A DNA stretch of 64,000 nt from an uncultured Gemmatimonadaceae bacterium (GTDB taxonomy: Bacteria > Gemmatimonadota > Gemmatimonadetes > Gemmatimonadales > Gemmatimonadaceae). Position 1 is the first letter of the stretch. Every line of letters starts with the position of its first letter. The position numbers and the translations under genes are program-made. Below, in pieces: positions 11,423-24,267 of this stretch. The notes beneath the pieces were generated by a model. It was not told the DNA's origin and did no database searches. It was given only the letters and a program-made list of their open reading frames with translations. Location of the stretch: assembly GCA_963829055.1 (NCBI GenBank), contig CAWHHI010000011.1, positions 1-64,000 on the forward strand, read 5' to 3'.

Positions 11423-12710
11423 ATGCCCTACCAGTCTCCCATCTCGCCCGGCCTTTCCTGGTATGAAGACACCGCCGGTCCGCGGCCCGAATATGAACGG
11501 CTCGACGGCGATCGCCGCGCCGACGTCGTCATCATCGGCGGCGGCTTCACCGGACTGTCGGCGGCCGCCCATCTCGCCAAGTCGGGAACGGATGTCGCGC
11601 TGATCGAGACGCATCGCTTCGGCGATGGCGCATCGGGCAGGAATGGCGGCCAGCTCGGCACCGGCCAGCGCACCCCGCTCGACGAGCTCGAGGCCGAGAT
11701 CGGCTGGAGCCGCGCCAAGGCGCTGTTCGACCTCGCCGAGGAGGCCAAGACGCATCTTCTCGAATTCGCCACGGTGAACGGCATCGAGATCGACTTCATG
11801 CCGGGTCAGCTCTCGGTCGCGCACAAGAAGCGCTATGTCGACGACTACCGCCGATATGCCGACTACATGCGCGAGCGCGCCGGCTACAAGCAGATCGCCT
11901 TCATGGATGCCGGGGAGACCGCCGCGCGGCTCGGCTCGACGCGCTATTTCGGCGGCACGCGCGACACCGGCACCGGCCACATCCATCCGCTGAAGCTCAC
12001 CATCGGCACCGCACGCGTCGCAGCCGAAGCCGGCGCGCATCTGTTCGAGAACACCAGGGCGAACGGCATCGTGTCGGCAGGCGGCAAGGTGCGGGTGACC
12101 ACGGCTTCCGGCACCATCACCGCCGACAAGGGCCTGATCGCGGTCAATGCCTATGGCGGCGAGCTCGAGCCGGTCAGCGCGGCGCATGTCATGCCGATCG
12201 GCTCGTTCATCGGGGCGACCGTGCCGCTCGGCGCCGACAGCCCGGTCCTTCCCGGCGGCGAATTGGTCGACGATTTACGCTTCGTCGTGCGCTATTTCCG
12301 CAAGTCGAAGGACGGAAGGCTGCTGTTCGGCGGGCGCGAGATCTATGCGGTCAAGGATGCCAGGGACATCCATATCCACATCCGCCGCCAGATCGCCGAG
12401 ATCTACCCGGCGCTGAGCGACGTCGAGATCACCCACGGCTGGGGCGGCTTCGTCGGCATCACCCTGCCGCGCCAGCCGTTCGTGCGCGAGGTCATGCCCA
12501 ATGTGATTTCGGCCGGCGGCTATTCCGGCCACGGCGTCATGCTGTCGAACTTCATCGGCAAGCTCTATGCCGAGACCGTCGCGGGCAATCGCGACCGGCT
12601 GAAGCTGTTCGAGGATCTGAGGATTCCCGCCTTCCCCGGCGGCCGGCGCCTGCGCGCGCCGCTGCTGTTCCTGGCGCTCAACTGGTATCGCGCTGCGCGA
12701 CCGGATCTGA
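11423..12710 (+). CDS. FAD-dependent oxidoreductase (PuuB-like, DAO family)
   Basis: IIGGGFTGLSAA, GASGRNGGQ, HIHPLK, GYSGHGV; follows the PuuA-like gene. Confidence 0.9.
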
Positions 12711-12740
12711 CGCGCGTTGTCGCCTCCGCAAGGCAGGCGA

Positions 12741-13136
12741 TCAGCTGCCCGGCTGTTTCGCGACGAAGCGGCCGTCACGGTAGCTCGCACCGAAATAGAC
12801 GTTGACACTCGTCACCTGCGCGTCGCGGACCGTCAGATACTCGGTGTTGCGAAACGACAGCCCGTCGGTCGTGGTGCAGAAATAGGTGACGAAAGCGCCC
12901 TCGCCGTTGGCCGCCACGCGCTCGATGTCGAACGCCGAGAAGCGGTCGCCGTTCGGCCAGCAGCGCTCGAAATAGGCGGCGCGATCGATGGCGTCGTCAT
13001 AAGGGCTGGTGAAGGTGAAATCTTCGGAGATCACCGTCTCGGCGTCGTCGCGCCGGCGATCCTTGAATGCGGCGAAGCAGGCGCGCACGACGGCTTCGAC
13101 GTCGGCTGCTCCGGAATGAGGCTGATCGTCGGTCAT
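12741..13136 (-). CDS. NTF2/SnoaL-like protein
   Basis: DFTFTSPYDDAIDRAAYFERCWP, FRNTE, VYFG. Confidence 0.85.
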   Translation of the reverse strand: MTDDQPHSGAADVEAVVRACFAAFKDRRRDDAETVISEDFTFTSPYDDAIDRAAYFERCWPNGDRFSAFDIERVAANGEGAFVTYFCTTTDGLSFRNTEYLTVRDAQVTSVNVYFGASYRDGRFVAKQPGS

Positions 13137-13441
13137 CGGCGTCTCCTCGAGGTCTCTTCGCCAACAGTGGCGCATCCGCCATGGATTCTACGACGGACAA
13201 TGCTTTGCCTGTTGCGTTGTTCCGGCATCGCGGAGCGAAGACCTTGCGCGGGCGGGACGAGCCCTAGCAAGTCGATCTCTGTCATGCGATGCCCCAAGCG
13301 TCCGGACGACCGATATCCTTCGCTCGTCCTGCAGCAGCGTTCCATCCCTGTCAGGATGATGGTCCAGCCGCGCTTTCCAAGTTTCGTCCGGCATCGAAAC
13401 ATGGTCTGACGAGGACGCGCTAGAAGCACCCCAGTGCGACC

Positions 13442-14369
13442 ATGAACGGGGCGATGATGAACGCGGCAAAGACCAACACCACGACCGAGCTTGCGCTGCT
13501 GCTCGTTCTCGCGACGCTCTGGGGAGCGTCGTACACCTTCATCAAGATCGGCGTGGAAACCATCCCGCCGGTGACGTTCATCGCCGCCAGGACACTGATC
13601 GCCGGCGCGATCCTCCTGGCGATCATCGCCTGGCGCGGACTGAGCCTGCCGAGAGACCTGGCGACATGGCGGCGGTTCGCCTTCCAGGCTTGCATGAACA
13701 GCGTGGTCCCGTTCACGCTGATTGCCTGGGCAGAGCAGAGCGTCGACGCCGGGCTGGCGATCATCCTCAACTCGACCACGCCGATCTTCACCTTTCTGAT
13801 GACGGCCGGCATCACCCGCCACGAGCCGGTCACGGCACGCAAGCTGTTCGGCGTCGCGGCCGGCATGACGGGCATATCCCTGATCATCGGCATGCAGGCT
13901 TTCGGCGGTCTCGGCCATGAGCTGTGGGCGCAGGTCGCCATCGTGGTCGCCACGATCTGTTACGCCGGGGCCGCCATCTTCGGCAGGAATTTCAAGGGGC
14001 TCAATCCACTGATGCCGGCGGCAGGCTCGATGATCTCCGGCGCGGTGCTGCTCGTTCCGCTCAGCCTTGCGGTTGATCGGCCGTGGACCCTGGTTCCCTC
14101 GACGGCTTCGATCGTCGCCTTGCTCGGCCTTGTCGGTGTTCTCGACCGCGCTCGCCTTCGTGATCTTTTTCCGGCTGGTCCAGACGCTGGGATCGGTCGG
14201 CGTGACGTCGCAGGCCTATCTGCGCGTGCCGATCGGGGTGGCGATCGGTGTGGTGTTCCTGGGCGAGACGCTGAACCCGAGCGCCTGGATCGGACTCGTA
14301 TGCGTCGTCGCGGGCGTCGCGGCAATGACCATGCCGTCGCGCAAGCCGGCGCCGGCCGCCGGGTTCTGA
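13442..14369 (+). CDS. DMT/EamA family transporter (frameshift near 14130)
   Basis: LATLWGASYTFIKIGV, GLAIILNSTTPIF, YLRVPIGVAIGVVFLGE. Confidence 0.9.
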
Positions 14370-14445
14370 CGGTACGCTGGAACCGGCGGGCTCCAACGGA
14401 GCGACGCCGCCGCAGCGGCGCCCGCAAGCAGGCGGGGACCGAGCC

Positions 14446-15334
14446 TCAGACGTATTTGCGCCAGTCATGCTCCTCGCGGAAGCCCAGCACCTCGCGTGCC
14501 TTGCGGTTCGACAGCGGCGCCTCGCGCTCGCCGAGCGGGCGCGCGATCGGCGAGCCGGGCGCCCAGCGCTCGAGGAAGGCTTCGGTCGGCTCGTTGGCGG
14601 TGATGGTGTCGTTGACCGCGTTGAACACCTGAAAGCCCAGCCCGTCCTTGCCGAGGCACAGATGGACGATCTGCGCCAGGTCGCGCGCGTCGATGTAGCT
14701 CCATGCATTGCGCTTGCGCGACGGCGGATCGGCGAGGAAGCCGGGGAAGCGGTCATATTCGTGCGGTTCGATGACATTGCCGATGCGCAGCGCGTAGATG
14801 TCGGCACGATAGCGCATCGCGAAGGCCCGCGCGGTCTTCTCGTTGACGACCTTGGACAGGCCGTAGCTGTCCATCGGATCGATGTCGTAGTCCTCCTCGA
14901 GCGGGAACTGGTGAAAGTCCTTGTCGCCCTCGGCAAAGCAGACGCCGTAGGTGGTCTCGCTCGACGCGATGACCACCTTGCGGATGCCGAGCTTCACGGC
15001 CGCCTCGATCACATTGTAGGTGCTGACGACGTTGGCGCTGAACGTCTCGTTGTCAGGCGTGATCAGCACGCGCGGCACCGCGGCGAAATGCACCACGGCG
15101 TCGACCTTCGCCGGACCCTTGCCCGGTCTCGAAACCGGCGAAATCGAAATGCATCGACAGCGCATTGAAGACCTGCCCGCTGTCGGTGACGTCGGTGATC
15201 AGCGTGTTGACACCCGGGCAATCGAGCGGCTTGAGATCGAGGTTCAGGATGTCGTAGCCCTTGGCCTGCAGCCACGGCACGACGTGGCGCCCGGCCTTTC
15301 CGGAGCCGCCGGTGAAGACGATGCGCTTGGACAT
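14446..15334 (-). CDS. NAD-dependent epimerase/dehydratase (frameshift near 15130)
   Basis: FTGGSGKAGR, VVHFAA, ASSETTYG, YGLSK, YIDARD. Confidence 0.9.
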
Positions 15335-15693
15335 GTTCGTTCCTCAATCATTCGATCATCGACTGGAATTCGACGCGGATCGCGAACTTCGGCGGGTTCG
15401 CCAACGCGGTCCGCCCGACGGTCAACTCACTTCTGGCGGCGAGCCCGGGGAAGCTAGCCTGCGACGACCGCCTTGAAAAGCCTTCCTCGGCCGCGTCGAT
15501 CGGCGGTTGAGCGGCACAGCTCGACGTCGAGGCGCGTGCAAGAAGCTTGCCGGCTCAGCCGGCACGTGTTTCAAACGACACTCCGAATCGAACCGGCGAT
15601 CTCTCGGATCGCACCGAATTGCCGGCATCTTCGTCTGGCCGGCCGACAAGAGGGCCGAGCGGTTGGTCCCTCGCCTACAACGACGGAGCGCCC

Positions 15694-17065
15694 GTGGCCG
15701 TTTCTTCCGAGCAGAATCTCGATCAGCGCCGCAGGCGACGACTGCGCGCATTGATTGCCGCGACCGAGAGCGAAGGCGCCCGGCTCGAATTCTGGGCGCG
15801 CTCGCTGTCGCTGCTGGTGATCGGCGTGGTGTTTGCCGCGGTCGCCGAGTGGAACGCCGCCTTCGGCTACACGATCGCCACGCTTCTCGTCTTCTTCCTG
15901 ACCGGCCTTCTCAACTACCGGCTCGCCATGTCAGGGCGCCGGCGGCCGTGGATGAGCGTGCTCTCCGCGACCTTCGACATCGCGTTCCTCACCTTCCTGA
16001 TCATCGCGCCCAATCCGTTCGCCGCCGAGAACCCGCCCGCGGCGATGCACCTGCGCGAGGCCGGCTTCAAGTACCTGCTCATCCTCGTGTGCCTCGGCGC
16101 GCTCAGCCTGTCGCCGCGGCTCGCCGTCTGGCTCGGCATCGCCGCGGCGGTGTCGTGGTCGCTCGGCGTGTTGTGGGTCGTGATGCAGCCCGAAACGATC
16201 ATCGCCCTCGTGCCGCCACAAGACCTTTCCTCTGCCGAGCGGCTGTCGCTCAATTTCAATCCGAACTACGTCGACCTCGTCGAGCAATTGACGCATGTCG
16301 TCGTCATCCTGATCGTCGCCGGCATCATCGCGACGGTGGTTTCGCGGGCTCGCCAGCTGGCCGACGACTACATCAAGGCCGAACGCGCCCGCATCAACCT
16401 GTCGCGACACTTCTCGCCGAACGTCGTCGACGAGCTCGCCACCAACGACGAGCCGTTCGGCCCGATCAGGCGCCAGGACATCGCCGTCCTGTTCGCCGAT
16501 ATCGTCGGCTTCACCGCCTACACCGAAGACCATTTGCCGGAACAGGTGTTCCAGATGCTGCGCGAGTTCCACGGCCGCATGGAGCAGGTGGTGTTCGAGC
16601 ACAGGGGAACGGTCGACAACTATATCGGCGACTGCATCATGGCGACGTTCGGCGTGCCGCGCGCGACGCCGGACGATGCCGCGCGTTTGCTGCGAGCCGC
16701 ACGCGGCATGATCACTTCGCTCAACGCCTGGAACCTGCAGCGCAAGGCCGCCGGCCTCGACGCCGGTGGACATCCGCATCGGCTGCCAGTTCGGGCCGGT
16801 GGTGCTCGGCGCGGTCGGCAGCGAGCGCAATCTGTCGGTCGCCGTCGTCGGCGACACCGTCAATGTGGCAAGCCGCATGCAGGTCATGTGCAAGGAGCTC
16901 GACGCCGACATCTGCGCCGGCGCGCCGGTGATCGAGGCGGCGTTGCGCGCCGGCGATCACGAGGCGAGCGCCGGTTTCGTCAACCACGGCCCGATCCATG
17001 TGCGCGGCAGGGACGGCCTGGTCGACGTGTGGTTCCTGCCGAATCCGGAAAACCAGAAGAACTGA
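15694..17065 (+). CDS. Membrane-anchored class III nucleotidyl (adenylate/guanylate) cyclase (frameshift near 16765)
   Basis: Several N-terminal TM helices; LSRHFSP, VLFADIVGFT, YIGDCIMATFG, GDTVNVASR, VRGR. Confidence 0.9.
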
Positions 17066-17095
17066 CGGGATGAAGCTGCCGCTCTTTGATTTTGC

Positions 17096-17140
17096 GCATG
17101 TCTTTGTCCCGAAACCGCTGCACACTTTCGGGAGACATGC
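17096..17140. repeat. Rhizobiales-type palindromic intergenic (REP/RIME-like) element
   Basis: GCATGTCTTTGTCCCGAAA...TTTCGGGAGACATGC hairpin followed by TCTAG, between convergent genes. Confidence 0.55.
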
Positions 17141-17141
17141 T

Positions 17142-17888
17142 CTAGATACAGCGGCCGCCGTCGACCTCCAGCGCCACGCCGGTGATGAACTGCGCCTCGT
17201 CGGAAACCAGCCACAGCGCCGCGTTGGCGATGTCGAGCGGCGTCGACAGCCGGCCGAGCGGGATCGAGGCGCGGAACTGCGCGCGCTTCTCGGGCGTGTC
17301 CTCGCCCATGAATTTCTCCAGCATGCCGGTTTCGCCGGCGACCGGGCAGATGCAGTTGACGCGTATGTTCTTCGGCGCGAGCTCGACCGCCATCGACTTG
17401 GTGGCGGTGATCGCCCAGCCCTTCGAGGCGTTGTACCAGGTCAGGCCGGGGCGCGGCCGCAGCCCCGCGGTCGAGGCGGTCGTCAAAATGACGCCGCCGC
17501 CCTGCCGCTCCATCACCGGCACCACGGCCAGGGTCGAAAAATAGATCGCCTTCATGTTGACGGCGGTGATCAGGTCGAAGTCCGCTTCGTCGACCTCGAG
17601 CAGATCGCCGTTGCGATGGGTGTAGCCGGCATTGTTGACCATGATGTCGATGCGCCCGAAGGCGTCGAGCGCCTTGCCCACCATCTCGTCGAATTCGGAT
17701 TTCAGCGACACGTCGGTCGTCACGGCGATCGCGGCGTCGCCGATCTCCGCGGCGACGCGCTCGGCGCCCCTGGAGTTGAGATCGGCGACGACGATCCGGG
17801 CGCCCTCCTCGGCAAATCGCCGGGCCATGCCCTCGCCGAAGCCGGAGGCCGCTCCCGTGATGATCGCAACCTTGTCCTTGAGCCGCAT
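17142..17888 (-). CDS. SDR family oxidoreductase
   Basis: ITGAASGFG, VNNAG, YNASK, RVNCICP, VDGG. Confidence 0.95.
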   Translation of the reverse strand: MRLKDKVAIITGAASGFGEGMARRFAEEGARIVVADLNSRGAERVAAEIGDAAIAVTTDVSLKSEFDEMVGKALDAFGRIDIMVNNAGYTHRNGDLLEVDEADFDLITAVNMKAIYFSTLAVVPVMERQGGGVILTTASTAGLRPRPGLTWYNASKGWAITATKSMAVELAPKNIRVNCICPVAGETGMLEKFMGEDTPEKRAQFRASIPLGRLSTPLDIANAALWLVSDEAQFITGVALEVDGGRCI

Positions 17889-17895
17889 TTGTCAC

Positions 17896-19371
17896 CTATC
17901 CGTGATTGAAGACGATCGTCTTGGTGGCCGACATGTCGTGGAGCGCTTCAAAACCCTTTTCCCGGCCGTGGCCGGACTTCCCGAAGCCGCCGAACGGCAA
18001 TTCGACGCCGCCGCCCGCCCCGTAAGCGTTGACGAACACTTGCCCGGCGCGGACGCGTTTGGCGACACGATGCTGCCGCCCGCCATCCCTGGTCCAGACA
18101 CCGGCGACGAGGCCGTACGCGGTCGAATTGGCAAGGCGGATGGCCTGCTCCTCGCCGTCGAACGGAAACAGCGCCAGGACCGGTCCGAACACTTCCTCCT
18201 GCGCCAGCGGCGCGTTCGGATCGACGTCGCCGAACAGCACCGGCGCAAAGTAGTTGCCGCCGGCCGGCGCGTCGGCATGGATGCGGCCGCGGGCCAGCAG
18301 CCTGGCGCCGGACCGCTCGGCCTCGGTGACCATCGCGGCGACGCGCGCCTTCTGCCGGACATTGATCAGGGCGCCGAGGTCGAGGTCGGCATCGTGCGGA
18401 CCGGCGACAAGGCCGGCGAAACGCGCGGAAAGCTCGGCGGCAACGGCCTCGTAGATCGGCCGCTCGATCAGGATGCGGCTCCCCGCCGAGCATGTCTGGC
18501 CGCCATTCTGGATGATCGCATTGACCAGGACGGGCACCGCCTTTTCGATATCGGCATCGGCAAAGACGATCTGCGGCGACTTGCCGCCGAGTTCCATGGT
18601 GACGCCGCGGTTGTTGACGGCGGCCGCCTGCTGGATCGCCGTGCCGGTCGGCGGCGAACCGGTGAAGGTGACGTAGTCGACCAGAGGATGACCGGCAAGC
18701 GCTGCACCGGCTTCGCGGCCGTAGCCGGTCACGACATTGAAGACGCCGTCCGGAAATCCCGCTTCCAGCGCCAGCTCGGCCATGCGGATCGCCGTCAGCG
18801 AGGCGTCCTCCGCAGGCTTGGCGACCAGCGTGTTGCCCATCGCCAGCGCGGCGCCGGCGACCCGGGCCAGGATCTGCAGCGGATAGTTCCAGGGAATGAT
18901 TGCCGCCACCACGCCGTGCGGCTCGCGCAGCGTCAGCGCGGTGTAGCCGTCGAGGAAGGGAATGGTGTCGCCATGGATCTTGTCCGCGGCGCCGCCGTAG
19001 AATTCGAAGTAGCGCATGGTGGCCGTGACGTCGGCGCGGCCCTGGCGCACCGGCTTGCCGGTATCGCGCGATTCCAGCGCGGCAAGCTCGGCGGCATGCT
19101 TCTCGACCAGCAGGCCGAGCCGGCCGAGGCAGCGGCCGCGCTCGAAGGCGGGCATCCTGCGCCAGGGGCCGGAATCGAACGCCGACCGCGCGGCCCTCAC
19201 GGCACTGTCGACATCGGCCTTGCCGGAGGCCGGAATCGAGGCAAAGACCAGGCCGTCGGACGGGCACACCACGTCGATGCGCTCGCCGGAAAGCGAATCG
19301 ACCGATTTGCCGCCGATGACCTGCATGAAAGCGCGGCCTTCCGCGACCGTTCTCGAAAGATGCGCTCCCAT
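17896..19371 (-). CDS. Aldehyde dehydrogenase
   Basis: IPWNYP, KPAE, FTGS, MELGGKS, GQTCSA, EEVFGP, PFGG. Confidence 0.95.
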   Translation of the reverse strand: MGAHLSRTVAEGRAFMQVIGGKSVDSLSGERIDVVCPSDGLVFASIPASGKADVDSAVRAARSAFDSGPWRRMPAFERGRCLGRLGLLVEKHAAELAALESRDTGKPVRQGRADVTATMRYFEFYGGAADKIHGDTIPFLDGYTALTLREPHGVVAAIIPWNYPLQILARVAGAALAMGNTLVAKPAEDASLTAIRMAELALEAGFPDGVFNVVTGYGREAGAALAGHPLVDYVTFTGSPPTGTAIQQAAAVNNRGVTMELGGKSPQIVFADADIEKAVPVLVNAIIQNGGQTCSAGSRILIERPIYEAVAAELSARFAGLVAGPHDADLDLGALINVRQKARVAAMVTEAERSGARLLARGRIHADAPAGGNYFAPVLFGDVDPNAPLAQEEVFGPVLALFPFDGEEQAIRLANSTAYGLVAGVWTRDGGRQHRVAKRVRAGQVFVNAYGAGGGVELPFGGFGKSGHGREKGFEALHDMSATKTIVFNHG

Positions 19372-19571
19372 GACCAAACTCTCCTCTGGATTCCCTTGCG
19401 CCCGGCGTTTATGCTGCAAGTGCGAAAAGGGCTGCGGCAGACCGTGCACCGACAAACTAGAGGCCGGGCGGCCCTGTCAAGTTCTCACATGCGGCACCTT
19501 GGCACTGGCAAATTTAAATCGATTAGAATATAGAGAGCCCGCTTCTGGCGGCGCCAACAAACGGACAAGTC

Positions 19572-21051
19572 ATGACAAGCCAGATCATCCCCGTCGATCC
19601 GTTCGACTTCATCATTTTCGGCGGCACCGGCGACCTCTCCGAGCGCAAGCTCCTGCCGGCGCTCTACCATCGCCAGCGCGACCACCAGTTTTCCGAGCCG
19701 ACCCGCATCATCGGCGCGTCACGCAGCAAGATGAGCGACGAGGAATTCCGCGCCTTCGCCAGGAAGGCGATCCTGGAGCACGTGCAGGCGCAGTATGTCG
19801 ACGAGGCCGAGCTGAAGAAGTTCCTCGCCCGGCTGAGCTACGTCTCGGTCGACGCCAACGAGCGGCGACGGCTTCGCCAAGCTGAAGAAGGCGCTCGGCG
19901 ACAGCGACGTCATCCGCGTCTTCTACCTGGCGGTCGCGCCCGGCCTGTTCGGCGACATCTCGCACAAGCTCAAGGAGCACAAGCTGGTCACGCCGAACTC
20001 GCGCATCGTGGTCGAAAAGCCGATCGGCCGCGATCTGGCGTCGGCGCAGCGCGCTCAACGACCTGATCGGCGACGATTTCGGCGAGCACCAGATCTTCCG
20101 CATCGACCACTATCTCGGCAAGGAGACGGTGCAGAACCTGATGGCGCTGCGCTTCGCCAACGCGCTCTACGAGCCGCTGTGGAATTCGGCGCATATCGAC
20201 CACGTGCAGATCACGGTGGCCGAGACGGTCGGGCTGGAAGACCGCGTCACCTACTACGACAAGGCCGGCGCGCTGCGCGACATGGTGCAGAACCACATCC
20301 TGCAGCTGCTCTGCCTGGTCGCCATGGAAGCCGCCGGCCTCGATGGACGCCAACGCGGTGCGCGACGAAAAGCTGAAGGTGCTGCGCTCGCTGAAGCGCA
20401 TCAACGGCAACGAGGCGCCGAAGTCGACGGTGCGCGGCCAGTACCGCGCCGGCGCTTCGGCCGGCGGGCCGGTGAAAGGCTATCTGGACGAGCTCGGCAG
20501 CAAGGACAGCACCACCGAGACCTTCGTCGCGATCAAGGCCGAGATCGACAACTGGCGCTGGGCCGGCGTGCCGTTCTATCTGCAGGACCGGCAAGCGGCT
20601 CGCCGACGCGCGTCTCGGAAATCGTCATCGAGTTCAAGCCGATCCCGCATTCGATCTTCGCGCGAGAGCGCCGGCAACGTATCGCGCCAACCAGCTGGTC
20701 ATCCGGCTGCAGCCCGACGAGGGCGTCAAGCAGTTCATCATGATCAAGGATCCGGGCCCGGGCGGCATGCGGCTGCGCCAGATCCCGCTCGACATGAGCT
20801 TCGCCCAGTCCTTCGACGGGCGCGCGCCGGACGCCTATGAGCGGCTGATCATGGACGTCGTGCGCGGCAACCAGACGCTGTTCATGCGCCGCGACGAGGT
20901 CGAGGCGGCGTGGAAGTGGATCGATCCGATCCTCAACGCCTGGTCGGACAGCCGCCAGGAGGCGCAGGGCTATACCGCCGGCACCTGGGGGCCGTCGGCG
21001 TCGATCGCGCTGATCGAACGCGACGGGCGCACCTGGCACGAGAGCGCGTGA
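19572..21051 (+). CDS. zwf: Glucose-6-phosphate dehydrogenase (frameshifted)
   Basis: [50 protein letters not shown]. Confidence 0.96.
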
Positions 21052-21772
21052 CGGCAGCCGCAGCCGACGCCGTCTGGCATCGGTTCGGCGCGCGCGGCGA
21101 ACTGGCCGAAGCGCTGGCCGAGCACGTCGCCGGCAGGCTGGCGAGCGCCATCGAGCGCAAGGGGACAGGCTTGCTCGCCGTCTCCGGCGGCACCACGCCG
21201 GCCGCCGTTCCTGCGCGCGCTTTCGACGAAGCCGATCGGCTGGGACAAGGTCACGGTGACGCTGGTCGACGAGCGCTTCGTGCCTGAGACCTCGCCGCGC
21301 TCGAATGCCGCGCTGGTGCGATCGACATCTGCTGCAGGACAGGGCGGCGGCCGCGCATTTCGTGCCGCTCTATCGTCCGGCCGAATCGGTCGAGATCGGC
21401 CGCCGGCGAGACGTCCAGCGGAGCTGGCGGCGCTGCCGTGGCCGCTCGACGTGGCGATCCTCGGCATGGGAACGGACGGCCATACCGCCTCGTTCTTTCC
21501 CGACGCGACCGAACTGGCAACGCTGCTGTCGCCGTCGACCGCCGCGCTATGTGCTGCCGGTGCATGCCGACAGCGCCGGGCGAGCCGCGCCTGACGCTGC
21601 CGCTGGCGCGGATCGTCGCTGCCGCGACTGATCGCCGTCTGCACATCGAGGGCGCGGAAAAGAAGGCGGTGCTCGAAGCCGCGCTGCGAAGCCGCGGCGC
21701 CCGCCAGTCCGATCGGCGCGGTGTTCAGGCATGCCGGCGAAAGCCGGTGCAGACATCTACTGGGCTCCGTGA
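21048..21772 (+). CDS. pgl: 6-phosphogluconolactonase (frameshifted)
   Basis: [33 protein letters not shown]; between zwf and edd. Confidence 0.92.
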
Positions 21773-21784
21773 AAGGAGACGGCC

Positions 21785-23613
<1,829 letters not shown>

Positions 23614-23673
23614 GAGTAGAGTTCCGTGAGCTTTGATCGAGAGCGCCTACTTGCGGTGCGACGCGACATGGCT

Positions 23674-23911
23674 ATGACAAGCTGCTCACCGTAACATCAA
23701 ACGGTCAGGTCACCGCTTTCGAAGGAATGCTCGACATTCAAGTATTGATGTCATGGGGACAATCGAGGTGGACTGCTGCCGGACGGGCATGCCATCGCTC
23801 AGGTCGCGGCCAAGATGGAGTGATCGATCTGGTTGGCGTCAGGCTAAGATCGAGACGTCGCTACCCTAGATGAGATCATCGGAGATCATCGCGACGGGTG
23901 GGCAGACGCTC
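23674..23911 (+). pseudogene. AbrB/MazE-type (VapB) antitoxin, heavily disrupted
   Basis: Pieces LTVTSNGQVT, GD.IEV.LLPDG and ATLDEI..II..GWA across several frames. Confidence 0.6.
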
Positions 23912-24200
23912 GAAGGTCACTTGACACCAATGTTCTGCGTCAGCGTCCTGGACGACGATATCCAGCTCAACGCACGCTCGCGCGATCGGTGCTTGGCGAC
24001 GTGCGAATCTCGGGTCGCAACTCGGCTTCCGGATCGGACACGCTGCGAATCGTCTGGTCCGCGCATAAGGACAAAGCGAAGCCGGCTGGATGGAACGCTT
24101 CTTCAGGATCGCCGATGCGCATCGATACGCGTGATGCAACCTGCGTTGTACGATCGACGAGATCAACGACGATCATAGGCCGACGGCTGGGCTGGTCACT
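23912..24200 (+). pseudogene. PIN-domain (VapC) toxin, heavily disrupted; end approximate
   Basis: KVTLDTNVL..SVLDDDIQ matches the PIN N-terminal DTNVL motif, directly after the AbrB-like piece. Confidence 0.55.
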
Positions 24201-24267
24201 CCCGAACCCAGGATGACCCGCACGGCCTGACGCGACTCCACGCATCAGGCCTTCGATCAGGCTGGTC

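Noticed and set aside
13381..13400. GTTTCG-N8-CGAAAC palindrome upstream of the DMT gene
   Set aside because: Short arms and no adjacent cognate regulator, so I cannot support it.
19514..19527. AATCGATT LacI-like palindrome upstream of zwf
   Set aside because: Plausible, but only an 8-bp core, which is too weak to call without comparative data.
17632..19533. Long antisense ORFs (also 9875-11308, 4257-5390, 29792-31042, 56061-57755)
   Set aside because: They are shadow ORFs opposite well-supported genes in high-GC DNA and show no recognisable motifs.
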